A DNA stretch of 61,755 nucleotides, counting the filler, from Nemertoderma westbladi (taxonomy: Eukaryota; Animalia; Xenacoelomorpha): assembly GCA_032718475.1 (NCBI GenBank). It is 3 parts of 3 records of this genome, joined end to end, with 100 filler letters (N's around TTAATTAATTAA, not from the genome) between each part and the next. Parts side by side here need not be neighbours in the genome. Positions count along the whole stretch, not along the records: positions 45,683 to 61,755 come from JAUCBJ010004435.1; 2 more parts are not named here. One strand, given 5' to 3'. Shown piece after piece: positions 60,632 through 61,755 of the stretch. Every line of letters starts with the position of its first letter. Positions within the stretch are counted from its first letter, which is position 1. The notes beneath the pieces are model-generated. The model searched no databases. It saw only the letters and a program-made list of their open reading frames with translations, and was not told the origin of the DNA. The translations under genes were made by a program, and so were the position numbers.

Positions 60632-61755
60632 AGGCCCACAAGAAATGAAAACAATTAAGTTGGTGCCAGTTCCCAACACGTAACACGGGAATCACATTGA
60701 TCTCGATTGCTGCAAAGCTATACAATAGAATTATATTAAATCCCATCAGGGATCCCATTGAGAGACTGCTCCGTGGAAATCAGAATGGGTTCCGTAAAGG
60801 TCGTGGGACCATGGAGCCCATGTTGGCACAGTTGGCACATGTTCAGCATACTTTCATTATATGGGATTCCTGATGAAATTATGGCAGTAATCAGATCAGT
60901 ATACGATGGTTCGACAACATTTGTGTCTACTGTTGATGGTGACACAGAACCATTTGAAGTGTTATGGGGCGTCCTCCAGGGAGACACACTTGCACCATTC
61001 TTGTTCATAATTGTGGTTGACTATGTTCTACGTATGTCCTTAGATCATCATAATGATGATGGGGTGATGGTAACTCCACCTACTGGCTCCAGAAGTCGAG
61101 GAAATCCTGCCAAGTACCTAACTGATCTAGACTTTGCTGAAGACTGAAGACTACTCTCAGAATCACGGGGTGCCCAACGACTCCTCAGCTAATTAAAACA
61201 GGCTGCTTCTAGTGTTGGTATTTTTATTAACTCCAAAAAGACCAAAATTTTGACAGTTATCTTTGAAAGTCCCCAGCAATTCTCTGGCAGGATGAGCATA
61301 AGCTCAAAGGATGGTATGCTTGAGCAGGTGTACGACTTCTGTTACCTGGGATCATGGATTCGGAACTCAGGTGAGGACCTTCGAATACGTAAGGCATGGG
61401 CAGCCTTGAATGTTGAATGGGCTTTCCAGGATTTGGAAGTCACATAGAATTCATCGGAAACGTTCAAGGTCCGATTATTTAGAGCAGCAGTAGTTCCAGT
61501 ACTCCTCTATGGGAGTCCATGCTGGGCTCTAACTGCTGAGGACACAAAGTCTCCGGGTGGCACATTCACAAGCATCCTACGCCGGGTTCATTGTGTCAAG
61601 TACAATGCACACATCTCCAACCAGATACTATATAACATTGGATGTGTCTCAATGACTCCCCCAAGCTTGACACTAGAACAAAATCGCCTCCGCTTTGCAG
61701 GACATTGCTTTCGCCTTGAGGACCAACCAGTGCATAATCTTGTGCTTTGGCGGCC
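60632..61755 (+). mobile_element. RTE-type LINE RT copy, same family as 44523-45582, with internal deletions
   Basis: Near-identical DNA to 44700-45582; GVLQGDTLAPFLF, DFAED, FCYLG. Confidence 0.93.

Overview
This is animal (probably invertebrate) nuclear DNA, not prokaryotic. It is three contigs joined by artificial 100-nt linkers (N44-TTAATTAATTAA-N44) at 22311-22410 and 45583-45682. Contig 1 is a nest of four decayed BEL/Pao LTR retrotransposons. Elements A (-) and C (+) belong to one family and abut either side of a gag-protease remnant B (-). Element D (-) sits inside the pol of C. After its integrase, D carries an unexpected ~2.6-kb accessory reading frame that fuses a DnaQ/DEDDy-like 3'-5' exonuclease domain to three CCHC zinc knuckles; this is the most novel item. 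Contig 2 is repeat-rich: a satellite, CR1/L2 and RTE LINE pieces, a Gypsy pol, a Mutator-like MITE with a 9-bp TSD, a pogo-like transposase with a passenger ORF, and a foldback element. Contig 3 holds the 5' ankyrin-repeat exons of a TRPA1-like channel gene. Its introns carry tandem arrays that multiply splice donor, branch-point and acceptor signals, plus an antisense minimal hammerhead ribozyme. All homology calls come from motif recognition by eye; no searches were run.
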